Of a stretch of DNA of 64,000 nucleotides, positions 9,480 to 19,465 are shown piece by piece. The position numbers were made by a program, and so were the translations under genes. The stretch is from the NCBI RefSeq assembly GCF_015256775.1, contig NZ_JABZLM010000006.1; one strand, written 5' to 3'. The DNA comes from Solobacterium sp. Its GTDB lineage: Bacteria > Bacillota_I > Bacilli_A > Erysipelotrichales > Erysipelotrichaceae. Within the stretch, counting starts at the first letter, position 1. Each line of letters begins with the position of its first letter. A model generated the notes under the pieces. It searched no databases. It was not told where the DNA came from and was given only the letters and a program-made list of their open reading frames with translations.

Positions 9480-10235
9480 ATGGATCTTATTTGTAAAGAT
9501 GTATGTTATTCCATCAAGGATAAAAAAATTCTAGACCACGTTTCCATCAATGTAGATAAACAGCGCTTCGTTACCATTCTCGGCCCAAACGGCTGTGGAA
9601 AAACAACCCTGCTCAAGAACATCTACCGTGTTCTAAAAAGAGATTCTGGTGAGATTGTATTCAACGGCAAAAGCATTGATGATTTGCATCTAAGAGAAGC
9701 CGCAAAGAAAATTGCAGTCGTAGCACAGTTCAACGAAATCAATTTCGATTGCAGTGTTAAAGATATGGTTCTTCTTGGTCGAACACCACATATCCCGTTT
9801 ATGCAATCGGAAACACATAAAGACTACGAAATCGTTGAAGATGCTCTCCAGAAAGTTGGCATGCTCGATAAAGCAGACCGCTCCTACCTCTCATTATCCG
9901 GAGGAGAAAAACAACGTGTTGCCTTAGCCCGTGCTATTGCACAACAACCAACTCTACTTCTATTGGATGAGCCAACCAATCACTTAGATATCCGATATCA
10001 AATTGAAATCCTACAAATCGTAAAAGACTTAAACATCAATGTTCTCGCGGTATTACACGATATTCAACTTGCATGTCGCTATTCAGATTATATCTATCTG
10101 ATGAAACAAGGTACCATCCGCTATGAAGGAACACCACAAACAACAATCACAGAACAATCGATGCACGATGTATATGGCATCAACTGTAAACTAACATGGA
10201 CCCCTGATCAACAGGCATTAATAGAGTATATATGA
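9480..10235 (+). CDS. iron-siderophore ABC transporter ATP-binding protein
   Basis: Walker [13 protein letters not shown] signature LSGGEKQRV, and Walker B LLLLDEP. Confidence 0.85.
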   Translation: MDLICKDVCYSIKDKKILDHVSINVDKQRFVTILGPNGCGKTTLLKNIYRVLKRDSGEIVFNGKSIDDLHLREAAKKIAVVAQFNEINFDCSVKDMVLLGRTPHIPFMQSETHKDYEIVEDALQKVGMLDKADRSYLSLSGGEKQRVALARAIAQQPTLLLLDEPTNHLDIRYQIEILQIVKDLNINVLAVLHDIQLACRYSDYIYLMKQGTIRYEGTPQTTITEQSMHDVYGINCKLTWTPDQQALIEYI

Positions 10236-10246
10236 AAGGAAAACTC

Positions 10247-11266
10247 ATGAAAAAATTATTAAACGCTACACTCGCTGCAGTATTATCATTCTCATTGATT
10301 GGTTGCAGCAACAAATCCACAACATCCCAAAAGGATAGCACAACAGCTACTACAGAAAACACAGCAGAAACAAAAGCAGAAGAAACAAAGTACCCAGTAA
10401 CAATCACAACTTACAACGCTGATGGTACAGAAATCCAACAAACTTTTGAAAAAGCTCCAGAACATGTTATTACAAACAACCTATCTGCCACAAAGATCTT
10501 AATCGATTTAGGTCTACAAGATAAGATTGTAGGTATGCTTGACCCAGATAACAAGGTTACCGACAGCTACGCTGAAGCAATCGAAAAGATTCCACACATT
10601 GGCGATAAGAAGACAGTATCTCAAGAAGTAGCACTCTCCTACAATCCAGATGCAATTATCGGTAGAAATATGATGTTCTCAGACAAGTCACTTGGAACTG
10701 TAGATACATGGAACCAAAATGGTATCAGCATCTACTCCCAAAAGGCATCTGTTTCTAACACAGAACAAAGCTTAAACAACGTTATTGAAGACATCATCAA
10801 CATCGGTATCATCTTCAACGTACAAGAAAAAGCAAACGCATACGCTAAGAAGCTACAAGAAAGAGTTGATTCTGTACTATCCGCAAATAAAAATCAACCA
10901 AAGGAACTAAAGAATGCACTCATCATGTGTGCATACAATGATGAAACATATGGCGCATACAAGTCAGCACTACAAGAAAGTGTTCTAAATGTATTTGGTT
11001 ACACGAATATCGCAACAGGAACTTCTGGATTAACTCTAGAAAACTTAGTTACATCTGCACCAGAATTCATCATCTACGTTACAAGCGACCGCAATCAGAA
11101 GTTAGATGCTAACGCCGTAGAACTCATGAAGAATAACGCAGTACTCGCTGATGTTCCAGCAATCAAGAACGGTAAGATTCTAACAATCTCATATGATGAA
11201 TTAATGGATTACGGTCCATCTGTGATTGATGCACTTGAAACAATCAACTCATTCCTAAAGAAATAA
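10247..11266 (+). CDS. siderophore-type ABC substrate-binding lipoprotein
   Basis: Signal peptide with lipobox SLIGCSN. Cluster-A/FecB-like size. Start chosen at the second ATG, which has an AAAGGA RBS. Confidence 0.65.
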   Translation: MKKLLNATLAAVLSFSLIGCSNKSTTSQKDSTTATTENTAETKAEETKYPVTITTYNADGTEIQQTFEKAPEHVITNNLSATKILIDLGLQDKIVGMLDPDNKVTDSYAEAIEKIPHIGDKKTVSQEVALSYNPDAIIGRNMMFSDKSLGTVDTWNQNGISIYSQKASVSNTEQSLNNVIEDIINIGIIFNVQEKANAYAKKLQERVDSVLSANKNQPKELKNALIMCAYNDETYGAYKSALQESVLNVFGYTNIATGTSGLTLENLVTSAPEFIIYVTSDRNQKLDANAVELMKNNAVLADVPAIKNGKILTISYDELMDYGPSVIDALETINSFLKK

Positions 11267-11267
11267 A

Positions 11268-11918
11268 ATGATGATTCAAACAAAACTATCACTACCACAA
11301 CACTACGATCCAAATTACGCATATCCACTCATTCTATGCAATGATGGTAACCTACAACATCTATACACTTGCAAAGAAAAAGCAATTCTCGTAGGACTAC
11401 TACCAGAAAATAGATTAAAAGATTATACGCCATGGCAAGCAGAAGCTACCAGAGCAGGCGCAGAAAACTTTGGTGGACAAGCAGATGAATATCACAATGA
11501 ACTATTTAATAACGTTCTACCAGAACTTCAAAGTAGATATTCTATCGATACAAACAAAATCATTTATGGTGGCTATTCCTTAGGAGGATTAGCCGCCGTA
11601 TATAGTTTGTATCGAACAAACATTCCTAGTGCAGTATTCTCTATCTGTGGTTCCTTCTGGTATCCAGAGTTCGTTAACTTCTGCAAAGAGAATCCCGTTA
11701 TCAATCAAAACGCTAGCGTTTACCTATGTAACGGCAAAACAGAAGGTATTCATCACCACAATATTCTAGATACTGCTCCACAATGTGCAGAAGAGATCCA
11801 CGCTTTGATTCATAAAGAGTTAAATGGCATTACTTCTGTATTCGATGAATTTGGACATCATGAAAATCTAACCAATCGTTATAAAGCTCTATCCGATTGG
11901 TTAGAGAAACAACTATAA
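11268..11918 (+). CDS. alpha/beta-hydrolase esterase (enterochelin-esterase-like)
   Basis: Nucleophile elbow GYSLGG and the last gene of the siderophore uptake operon, as in Fes/IroE-type arrangements. Confidence 0.55.
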   Translation: MMIQTKLSLPQHYDPNYAYPLILCNDGNLQHLYTCKEKAILVGLLPENRLKDYTPWQAEATRAGAENFGGQADEYHNELFNNVLPELQSRYSIDTNKIIYGGYSLGGLAAVYSLYRTNIPSAVFSICGSFWYPEFVNFCKENPVINQNASVYLCNGKTEGIHHHNILDTAPQCAEEIHALIHKELNGITSVFDEFGHHENLTNRYKALSDWLEKQL

Positions 11919-11931
11919 GTACAACATAACA

Positions 11932-11960
11932 AAAGGCGCTAGCAATGTAGCGCCTTTTGC
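11932..11960 (+). terminator. rho-independent terminator (hairpin aggcgct-agcaatgt-agcgcct followed by a T run)
   Basis: Perfect 7-bp GC-rich stem followed by TTTTGCC. A second hairpin, agaccTCCGCATggtct, with a T run lies at 11997-12026. Both look bidirectional. Confidence 0.6.
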
Positions 11961-12163
11961 CTATATTGGATGATACTACCCCCCTATAACAAGAAAAGAC
12001 CTCCGCATGGTCTTCTCTTGTTTTTATTTAATAAGGGGATAGAATTTCACTGATGTTTGCTAAGGGGAGCAATCATTCAGGGCAGATATTCCTATCTGCA
12101 CTTATATAGTACAAATTTATTGTCACTCAAATATGGCAAGATTTTGTAAAATTATGTGATGTA

Positions 12164-13117
12164 TTATCCAAGAATTCTTGTGATGCTAGCAGCCTTATTC
12201 TTTTGTAATAATGTTACGAGTGGAGAAATTGCACCACCTATAGCAGCTACACACTGGAATGCGAACATTACATAATAGTCTGCACTATCGATAATACCCT
12301 TTTCCATCATCTCAGGAAGAACACCAAACGCATCCATCATACGAACATTCTTATAGCCTTCTTGGTGGAAAATTCGTGTGACTGTTAGGGCAAAGTCAAA
12401 CTTATTTGCATAATACACACCGATTAACATTAATACAAAACAGATCACGATACCAATCTTACTTAACTTGCCCGCACCCTTTTGGTATGCAGTTAGTGTC
12501 AAAAATCCCATCACAACACCACCAAGTAGTGAGATATATCCTAATTGTCCAACGATAACAATGAGGATTGCGCCAACAATAACACCAGCTAAAGCAAATG
12601 CTGTACCTAATGCATAGTTTTCAACTACAACAGGTGCTGCAGCTTGTTCTACAGCAAGTTCCGTCAACATCTGATTCGCAACTTCCTCTGTATAGAAGTG
12701 AATCACGCCACGATTAATAAATACTTTTGTATCTGCAGGTTCTAATGTTTCCTCTGCACAGTTAGAATAACCATTCATATAGAACCAGTTAATAACTTCA
12801 GGAATAGAAGAAATAACATTCTTCGCTTTTCCATTTGCAGTTAAAGCAGTTTTAAATGTGATAGTCACAACATTCCCACTTGCTTTTGCGCTGCCAACCT
12901 TCTTCACTGCACTTACAAGTCCACGTAGATTTAAATCATTTGGCTTACGATTGTCTTGGTCAACAAGACTGAACTTGGCGATAATTGTATATACATTTTG
13001 AAATGTTGTTAATGCATATGTATATCCCATTTCTGTAGCACAAGCTACACCAGCATCCTTATCGTATGCAATCCCTAATCCACTTACGACTCTTCCTAAA
13101 ATAGTATAGTCTTTCAT
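12164..13117 (-). CDS. hypothetical membrane protein (N-terminal soluble domain, C-terminal multi-TM region)
   Basis: 317-aa ORF with hydrophobic C-terminal helices. No family recognised. Co-oriented directly downstream of a MarR gene. Confidence 0.45.
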   Translation of the reverse strand: MKDYTILGRVVSGLGIAYDKDAGVACATEMGYTYALTTFQNVYTIIAKFSLVDQDNRKPNDLNLRGLVSAVKKVGSAKASGNVVTITFKTALTANGKAKNVISSIPEVINWFYMNGYSNCAEETLEPADTKVFINRGVIHFYTEEVANQMLTELAVEQAAAPVVVENYALGTAFALAGVIVGAILIVIVGQLGYISLLGGVVMGFLTLTAYQKGAGKLSKIGIVICFVLMLIGVYYANKFDFALTVTRIFHQEGYKNVRMMDAFGVLPEMMEKGIIDSADYYVMFAFQCVAAIGGAISPLVTLLQKNKAASITRILG

Positions 13118-13169
13118 ATTTCCTCCATATAAACAAAAAGATAGATTACTCTATCTTATTTCAACATAA

Positions 13170-13610
13170 CTATTCTACTATCTCTAGCATAGCAGATGCA
13201 ACAGTAGCCATATTTGCCACAAAAGACTTCTTTTCTTCAGCGCTTAAATGACCAAGTGCCTTTGTAAGAACCTTACCGATTCTTTCCACAATATGTTCTG
13301 TAACTTCTTTACCTGTTGTAGTTAGTACAGCATGTGCTCCATATCTGCTCTTACCGTTGCGATATTCAAAACGAATGAATTTTCCTTTTGCTAACTCGGC
13401 AAGCGATCTAGAGACAGCTGCCTTGTCCATCTTACTACATTCAACTAATTCAGTGTTTGTTAAGCCTTCAGGGTTAAAGCCTAAATATAATAGTAACATT
13501 GTTTCTGCACCCTTAAGCTTTGTTGATTTGATTTCTTCCGCCTTAATTGCTTGAATGCAATGACTGAATGCATTTGTTGCAATTACGAAATCACGGCCCT
13601 TTTTGTTCAT
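13170..13610 (-). CDS. MarR family transcriptional regulator
   Basis: Winged-helix core TNTELVECSKMDKAAVSRSLAELAKGKFIRFE. 146 aa. Confidence 0.75.
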   Translation of the reverse strand: MNKKGRDFVIATNAFSHCIQAIKAEEIKSTKLKGAETMLLLYLGFNPEGLTNTELVECSKMDKAAVSRSLAELAKGKFIRFEYRNGKSRYGAHAVLTTTGKEVTEHIVERIGKVLTKALGHLSAEEKKSFVANMATVASAMLEIVE

Positions 13611-13780
13611 TTTATTCTTTTTCCCTTCTTAATTATCATTCGAATGAGTGGCATCTAACCACCGTCACTACATACCGACAATTTCTATTATAAGTATTAT
13701 CAAAATAATTTACATAGTTTAGTCAAAATAAATTTTATTATTTTGTACATTTTTGAACATCTGTATGAAAAATTTTCAAA

Positions 13781-13818
13781 AAGTGCATGCATGTTTATCG
13801 AAAAACATGCATGCACTT
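13781..13818 (-). terminator. perfect palindrome (16-bp arms, 6-nt loop), likely rho-independent terminator for the minus-strand gene at 13844-14488. It also carries the ACATGCATGCAC motif.
   Basis: aagtgcatgcatgttt-atcgaa-aaacatgcatgcactt. On the minus strand it is followed by TTTGAAAATTTTT. Confidence 0.5.
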
Positions 13819-13843
13819 CATATAACCTGTATTATACGATCGT

Positions 13844-14488
13844 TTAAGCCTTGCCAGCCGCTTCTGTATAAGCACTGATAATCCAATCATGATTGATACG
13901 TGGAAAATCTGTTTCGTCAATCGCGAAGCGATCTTTATCTACTTTCATCTCTTCTTCAAGAACACTAACTGGTATTAGGAATGACATTCCCTTATCATCT
14001 GCCCGTACATTAATCTTCATTACATCGTTTTCGGTATGTTGATATTCAATACCAGTCACATCTTCTGTAGTTCCTTTTTTATTGTCGATATACTCAATAA
14101 AGCTATCGTATTTTGCAAGTTCTACCATGATGTCATCTACACCATCTTCAAAAATCTGTATTTTTTCGGCGAATTCTTGTACTGTTGCACAACGTCTTAA
14201 CTTAAATCCTTGCTTTACAAGCGGCTGTGCTAACTGTTTCAAAGACTCTGCAGGCTCTTGTTGACTAAGCCAAATCAAGAATTTTCTTGATGGATCAGAA
14301 TACACAAGTGGTGGTTGGATCATGAATGCATGTTGACAATGGGGGCATGTATGTCTAAAAATATCCCCACTAATGCACGCTTCCTTGAGGTCTGGATCTT
14401 GTTCGGCGTTGATTGCTGTATAGATTGTTGTATCAAATTCCTTATGACAATAAGGACAAGTATATCTAATATCTTGGCTTTGGCTCAT
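13844..14488 (-). CDS. CpXC-domain zinc-ribbon protein
   Basis: CPYCH...(x29)...CPHCQH, the paired CxxC arrangement typical of the CpXC domain. 214 aa. Confidence 0.5.
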   Translation of the reverse strand: MSQSQDIRYTCPYCHKEFDTTIYTAINAEQDPDLKEACISGDIFRHTCPHCQHAFMIQPPLVYSDPSRKFLIWLSQQEPAESLKQLAQPLVKQGFKLRRCATVQEFAEKIQIFEDGVDDIMVELAKYDSFIEYIDNKKGTTEDVTGIEYQHTENDVMKINVRADDKGMSFLIPVSVLEEEMKVDKDRFAIDETDFPRINHDWIISAYTEAAGKA

Positions 14489-14497
14489 GTTATTCTC

Positions 14498-15199
14498 CTA
14501 ACTCTTCATAGAGATTCCAGAAAAATCAATCCCTAATTTCCCTGTCTCATTTACAATTTTTTCTAACACTTCTGACTCTTCTTCGCTGAGTGTTTCTCCA
14601 CCGAATAAGATAATCAAATGTGCTTCATCATCTGTGTAATATGGGATTGCCCATACTTTATCTGTAAAGTGTAATCCAATTTCTTGACTAGGTTCTTCAT
14701 CTACTTCACCTACAACAAACGGCCCATGGATTCCTGTTAAGCGCACTGTTATCTCGTGGATAATAGAACCATGCATGACACCTGCTAGTACAGTATCTGG
14801 ATAGAATGGATCACGTAATGCGTCTAATCTTTCATCTTTTCGCAAACGTCGTAAGTCTTCATCCTTCGTTTCTGTCTTTTCAATCCATGAGGCATTCTTC
14901 TTTACCATTTGCACGGTTTCATTAACAACTCTGACTTCACGGTTACATACTTGTTCCATCGTATAGAACCCAAGCATTTCTGGATCATCCATTCCTCTAA
15001 GACATGTTTCCCATGAATTACCGATGGATAGCACATTAAACATCAACATTCCATCTTCTGTACAGTACGCTGAACATACCGCATAACAATCATCCTGATG
15101 TACTTCAATCTTATCTTTTAACAGTTCTGTTAAATCATCCGCTTCAATCGTAATATACTTCTGATACATCACTGTAAAATTTAGTTCTGCGACTTTCAT
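14498..15199 (-). CDS. hypothetical cytoplasmic protein
   Basis: 233-aa ORF with no recognisable motif. 9-nt gap to the downstream CpXC gene. Confidence 0.4.
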   Translation of the reverse strand: MKVAELNFTVMYQKYITIEADDLTELLKDKIEVHQDDCYAVCSAYCTEDGMLMFNVLSIGNSWETCLRGMDDPEMLGFYTMEQVCNREVRVVNETVQMVKKNASWIEKTETKDEDLRRLRKDERLDALRDPFYPDTVLAGVMHGSIIHEITVRLTGIHGPFVVGEVDEEPSQEIGLHFTDKVWAIPYYTDDEAHLIILFGGETLSEEESEVLEKIVNETGKLGIDFSGISMKS

Positions 15200-15271
15200 C
15201 CATCAATCCTCCTTCCTGGTGAAAAATGACAGGTCTTTACGACCTGTCATTATTTTAACATTGATTTGTGA

Positions 15272-16003
15272 TTAACGTCTTCTTCTACCTAAAATTCTTA
15301 GTAAGTATAGGAACATATTGACGAAGTCTAGATATAACTGTAATGCACCATAGATAGCTAGTTTATCTCTTTGATCTGTTCCATCAGCTGTCATGTAGTA
15401 GAACTGCTTGATACGTTGAATATCAAATGCTGTATAAATCATGAAGATAAATAGTCCAAGATATGCAATCAATAGATTATTACGTAATGCTGGAATAAAG
15501 ATAGATACGACACTTGCGATGATTAACGCAAATAATCCTCCAAGTAAGATTCCTTGATACTTTGTTAAATCAACATTTGTAACATGACCAATCACTGCAC
15601 AACTGATAAATAAGATTGCCGCAAATACAAACGCTTGGAATACAACCCCTACTCCATACGCAAGTGGAATAACGCCAAATGTAACACCACTTAGAGCTGC
15701 GTATGTTAAGAACAATGCATTACATGCGCCTTTTGATAAACGTGTAATTGCCGCATTGAGAGAAATTACTAATACAAACTGCGAAATCAATAAACCAATC
15801 TGGATAAAAAATGCAAAATCGCTAAAGAATACGATACGTGCTAATGTTCCTCTTGTGACTAAGGAGTGGTAGAAAAGATACGCAACTGCTGCTGTGATTG
15901 TTAAACCAATTCCCATGTGTGTAAATACTTTTGTTATATAAGCTTTGAGGCCAGTTTCCTCATTATAAGCTCCATAAACATTGTTTCTGTCAAATTCACT
16001 CAT
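15272..16003 (-). CDS. Bax inhibitor-1/YccA family membrane protein
   Basis: 243 aa with 7 predicted TM helices. N-terminal cytoplasmic tail, then a hydrophobic pattern and a charged C-terminus typical of the BI-1 family. Confidence 0.6.
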   Translation of the reverse strand: MSEFDRNNVYGAYNEETGLKAYITKVFTHMGIGLTITAAVAYLFYHSLVTRGTLARIVFFSDFAFFIQIGLLISQFVLVISLNAAITRLSKGACNALFLTYAALSGVTFGVIPLAYGVGVVFQAFVFAAILFISCAVIGHVTNVDLTKYQGILLGGLFALIIASVVSIFIPALRNNLLIAYLGLFIFMIYTAFDIQRIKQFYYMTADGTDQRDKLAIYGALQLYLDFVNMFLYLLRILGRRRR

Positions 16004-16077
16004 TGTTAAGTCCTCCTGACAATATTATTATATGACTATTTGACCTAAAGTCAAATTGTATATTTTAAGATTTGTTT

Positions 16078-16977
16078 TTATTTTTGATACCAATGTACCA
16101 AGTCATCTAGCATTTCTTGACGTTGTATAGCGTTGTTATTTTCAAACCATTCTACATCCATCTGATGATGGAACCACGTATACTGTCGCTTTGCGAATTG
16201 GCGAGAATGTTTCTGAATCTCTTCTTTAACTTCTTCAAGGGATTTCTTTCCTTCAAAATAGCCTTCCCATTCACGATAGCCAATTCCCTTCATACATGCA
16301 TCTGTAAAAGATACCCCATGCTGTAATAAGCTTTCTACCTCTTGTTTTAAACCTGCTTGAAACATCTTTTCTACACGTGCATTAATGCGTGCATAGAGTT
16401 CTTCACGCGGCATTGTACAGCCGATAATGCGTGCATCATACAACATACGATGATCTTGTTCTGCTATCATTTCACTCTGTACTTTTGGACTTCTTCTTGC
16501 AATAGTCAGACTTCGTAATAGGCGTTGTCGATTGTTTGGATGAATCTTCTCACTTTGTTTAGGATCCAATTCTACTAGTTGCTTGTACAGTTCTTCATTA
16601 CTGTATTTTTCTAAGTCCGCATCAATACCAGCACCACTTTCATCACTGAACTGATAATCATACAAGCATGCCTTAATATAGAGTCCAGTACCACCACAGA
16701 TAATCATCGGTTTCTCACTATTGTCTATTAAATCTCTCGCTTTTGCTTGAAAGTCCGCAACTGTATAGCTTTGTTTGGTCGTATAGATATCAATCAAATG
16801 ATGTGGTACACCATCCATCTCTTGGATTGTCACCTTACCAGAACCAATATCCAAGCCTTCATAAACCTGTATGGAATCTCCACTAATGATTTCTCCATTT
16901 AACTTCTTCGCAAGTTCAATCGCAAAATCACTCTTTCCTACTGCAGTAGGTCCAACAATGACAATTACTTTTTTCAT
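16078..16977 (-). CDS. miaA: tRNA dimethylallyltransferase
   Basis: P-loop VIVIVGPTAVGKS plus a conserved MiaA core. Overlaps the mutL stop. Confidence 0.85.
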   Translation of the reverse strand: MKKVIVIVGPTAVGKSDFAIELAKKLNGEIISGDSIQVYEGLDIGSGKVTIQEMDGVPHHLIDIYTTKQSYTVADFQAKARDLIDNSEKPMIICGGTGLYIKACLYDYQFSDESGAGIDADLEKYSNEELYKQLVELDPKQSEKIHPNNRQRLLRSLTIARRSPKVQSEMIAEQDHRMLYDARIIGCTMPREELYARINARVEKMFQAGLKQEVESLLQHGVSFTDACMKGIGYREWEGYFEGKKSLEEVKEEIQKHSRQFAKRQYTWFHHQMDVEWFENNNAIQRQEMLDDLVHWYQK

Positions 16978-18803
16978 CGCAAGAATTCCTTTACTAAAGT
17001 CTTTTCATCCAGTGTGATAAAGGTTGGTCTACCATGTGGACAATGATACGGATTTTCACATAGAGATAGTTGACGCACAACTTCCTTCATCTCATCCATT
17101 GTTAAACTACGATTAAAGCGAATGGAATGATGACAAGCCATTGTCGCAATCTTCTTCTTTTCCATGCGTGCATATTTGATATCACGATCATTCTTAAACA
17201 GATCAATTACATCATTCAAGAATTGTGTTTCATCAATATCCTGCATCCATACTGGTACACTATGTACAACTAGTGTACCTTTTCCAAATGGTTCAAATAC
17301 GACATGGATATCTTCCACTGCCGCATTGATTTCTTCAACCCGTCTTACAAGATCGTTACCAGCATGAATTGTAATTGGCACTAAACAGTCCATCATCACA
17401 GGATCTTGGTTTAACTTTGCTTTGTATTCTTCGTAATGCACACGCTCTTGTGCCGCATGTTGGTCGATGATGACTAGTCCCTTCTCTGTTGCGCAGAGAA
17501 TGAATTTCTCATGAAGTTGACCGATGACTTCCATCGGCGGAAAGACTTGTTTCTGAGGCTTATATTCTGGATATTCCTGTTCAAACTGTGTTGAGACCCG
17601 TTTGAGTTCAGCTTCTGTTTCTGCAATTTCTTGTTCTAAAGTGACTTCTTGCTTTTCCACCTTTACTTCTTGTGGTGTAGAAATAACTGGTTCAACGATG
17701 GATTGTCTACGCTGTTGTTCCTTACGATACTCTGCTTCTTGTATCAAACGGTCAGTATCGAAAGAAATTGGTTGATAATATTCTTGTCTTGCTTCACGAA
17801 CTTCCGCCGCAGGCGCAAGAACCGTGCCACGTAACATATTTGCGACATTGTTTTTAATAAGTGTTTCTAATTGAATTTCCTTTGATAAACGTACTTCCCA
17901 TTTGGAAGGATGTACGTTTACATCTAAAAGATGAGGATCCATTGCTATATCTAAGACACAAATTGGATATCTACCCTTTACAATGAAATCTTCGTAACCA
18001 TCTTGTACTGCTTTATATAATTTATATGTTCTTACCATTCTACCGTTTAGGAATAAATTCATTCCTGTACGGCTAGCACGTGTGATACTTGGCTTAATAA
18101 GATAACCCTTTACCGCATAATCAAAGTCACTAAAATCCACAGGAATCGCATTCTCTGCAGCCATTCTACCAAATACCTGATATACAACTTCTAAAAGGTT
18201 GCCCTGTCCGCTAGTGCGGAAGGATTCTCTATCATCACTGCGCAAAATAAACGCAATCTCTGGATGGGATAACGCAAACTTCGAAACAACATCCTGAATG
18301 AGAGATGCTTCATATGCAGCAGAGCGCATATGCTTAAGACGCGCAGGTGTCTGATAGAATAAACCTTCTACCGAAATCTCTGTTCCCTGATTACATGGAT
18401 ATGGTGTAACACTCTCCATTTTGCCATAGGCAACGACAACTCTTGTCGCATCCTTACCATCAGATGTGCTTAATACCATCCTAGATACAGAAGCGATCGA
18501 TGGTAGTGCTTCGCCTCGAAAGCCCAATGTATGAATGGACCATAAATCATTCTGTGATTGAATCTTTGACGTCGCATGACGACCAAAACAGAGTTGTGCA
18601 TCCTGTGCATCCATACCACAACCATTATCAATGACACTTAAGCGTTGAATTCCACCTTCTGTGATATTCACTTCAATACGAGTACTACCCGCATCGATTG
18701 CGTTCTCCACAAGTTCCTTAACGACACCCATCGGTCTTTCTACGACTTCACCAGCCGCTATCATATTCGCTGTTAATGTATCTAATTGTTTAATTTTTCC
18801 CAT
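16974..18803 (-). CDS. mutL: DNA mismatch repair protein MutL
   Basis: GHKL ATPase motifs AIDAGST and VIDNGCGM. 609 aa. mutL-miaA synteny. Confidence 0.9.
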   Translation of the reverse strand: MGKIKQLDTLTANMIAAGEVVERPMGVVKELVENAIDAGSTRIEVNITEGGIQRLSVIDNGCGMDAQDAQLCFGRHATSKIQSQNDLWSIHTLGFRGEALPSIASVSRMVLSTSDGKDATRVVVAYGKMESVTPYPCNQGTEISVEGLFYQTPARLKHMRSAAYEASLIQDVVSKFALSHPEIAFILRSDDRESFRTSGQGNLLEVVYQVFGRMAAENAIPVDFSDFDYAVKGYLIKPSITRASRTGMNLFLNGRMVRTYKLYKAVQDGYEDFIVKGRYPICVLDIAMDPHLLDVNVHPSKWEVRLSKEIQLETLIKNNVANMLRGTVLAPAAEVREARQEYYQPISFDTDRLIQEAEYRKEQQRRQSIVEPVISTPQEVKVEKQEVTLEQEIAETEAELKRVSTQFEQEYPEYKPQKQVFPPMEVIGQLHEKFILCATEKGLVIIDQHAAQERVHYEEYKAKLNQDPVMMDCLVPITIHAGNDLVRRVEEINAAVEDIHVVFEPFGKGTLVVHSVPVWMQDIDETQFLNDVIDLFKNDRDIKYARMEKKKIATMACHHSIRFNRSLTMDEMKEVVRQLSLCENPYHCPHGRPTFITLDEKTLVKEFLR

Positions 18804-18838
18804 ATTTTTTACCTGCGTATATTATACTATAATGATTT

Positions 18839-19465
18839 ATGAAAGAGGTTATCATGCGTCTAAAAAATGAATTCCGTAAAGAAACTGTCATCCAGAAATC
18901 ACGTTTTATCGCCTGTGCAACAGTCGCAAGAAGCGAAGAAGAAGCCAAAGCATACATCGACTACATCCGTGATGAATTCCGTGATGCGACGCATGTATGT
19001 ACTGCATATATCGTCGGAGAAAACGATGCTTATCAAAAATCCAATGATAATCATGAACCTGCAGGTACTGCTGGCATCCCTATCCTCGAGGCGATTCGCA
19101 AGGCAGGATTATCTGATACGGTAGTCTGCGTTGTGCGTTACTTTGGTGGAATCAAACTTGGGGCTGGCGGATTAATTCGTGCATACGGAGGCGCAACCAC
19201 AGCAGTTTTACAAGATACCTATAAAGTCATAGACGTGTCTGTCGCTACCTGGCATGTGAAATATCCATATGAATATATCGGTAGCGTAGAAAACTGGATA
19301 CGCAATCATACAAGCGATGCCAGCTTTGATTACGATGATAACGCACATGCATACTTTGCAAGTAACGAAGAAAATCTACAAGACACATTCTCGGATCTAA
19401 CAAAAGGGAGTGCAGAAATAGAAAAAACAGGTTCCACTCTTTACGAAGAACCTGTCAATGAATAA
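18839..19465 (+). CDS. yigZ: YigZ/IMPACT family protein (UPF0029)
   Basis: Conserved core KSRFIA...HVCTAY...EPAGTAG. 208 aa. Confidence 0.75.
   Translation: MKEVIMRLKNEFRKETVIQKSRFIACATVARSEEEAKAYIDYIRDEFRDATHVCTAYIVGENDAYQKSNDNHEPAGTAGIPILEAIRKAGLSDTVVCVVRYFGGIKLGAGGLIRAYGGATTAVLQDTYKVIDVSVATWHVKYPYEYIGSVENWIRNHTSDASFDYDDNAHAYFASNEENLQDTFSDLTKGSAEIEKTGSTLYEEPVNE

Noticed and set aside
16974-18803. Expected mutS upstream of mutL
   Set aside because: The gene upstream of mutL is yigZ on the opposite strand, so mutS is absent from this locus. mutS is commonly unlinked in some Firmicutes, so this is not anomalous.
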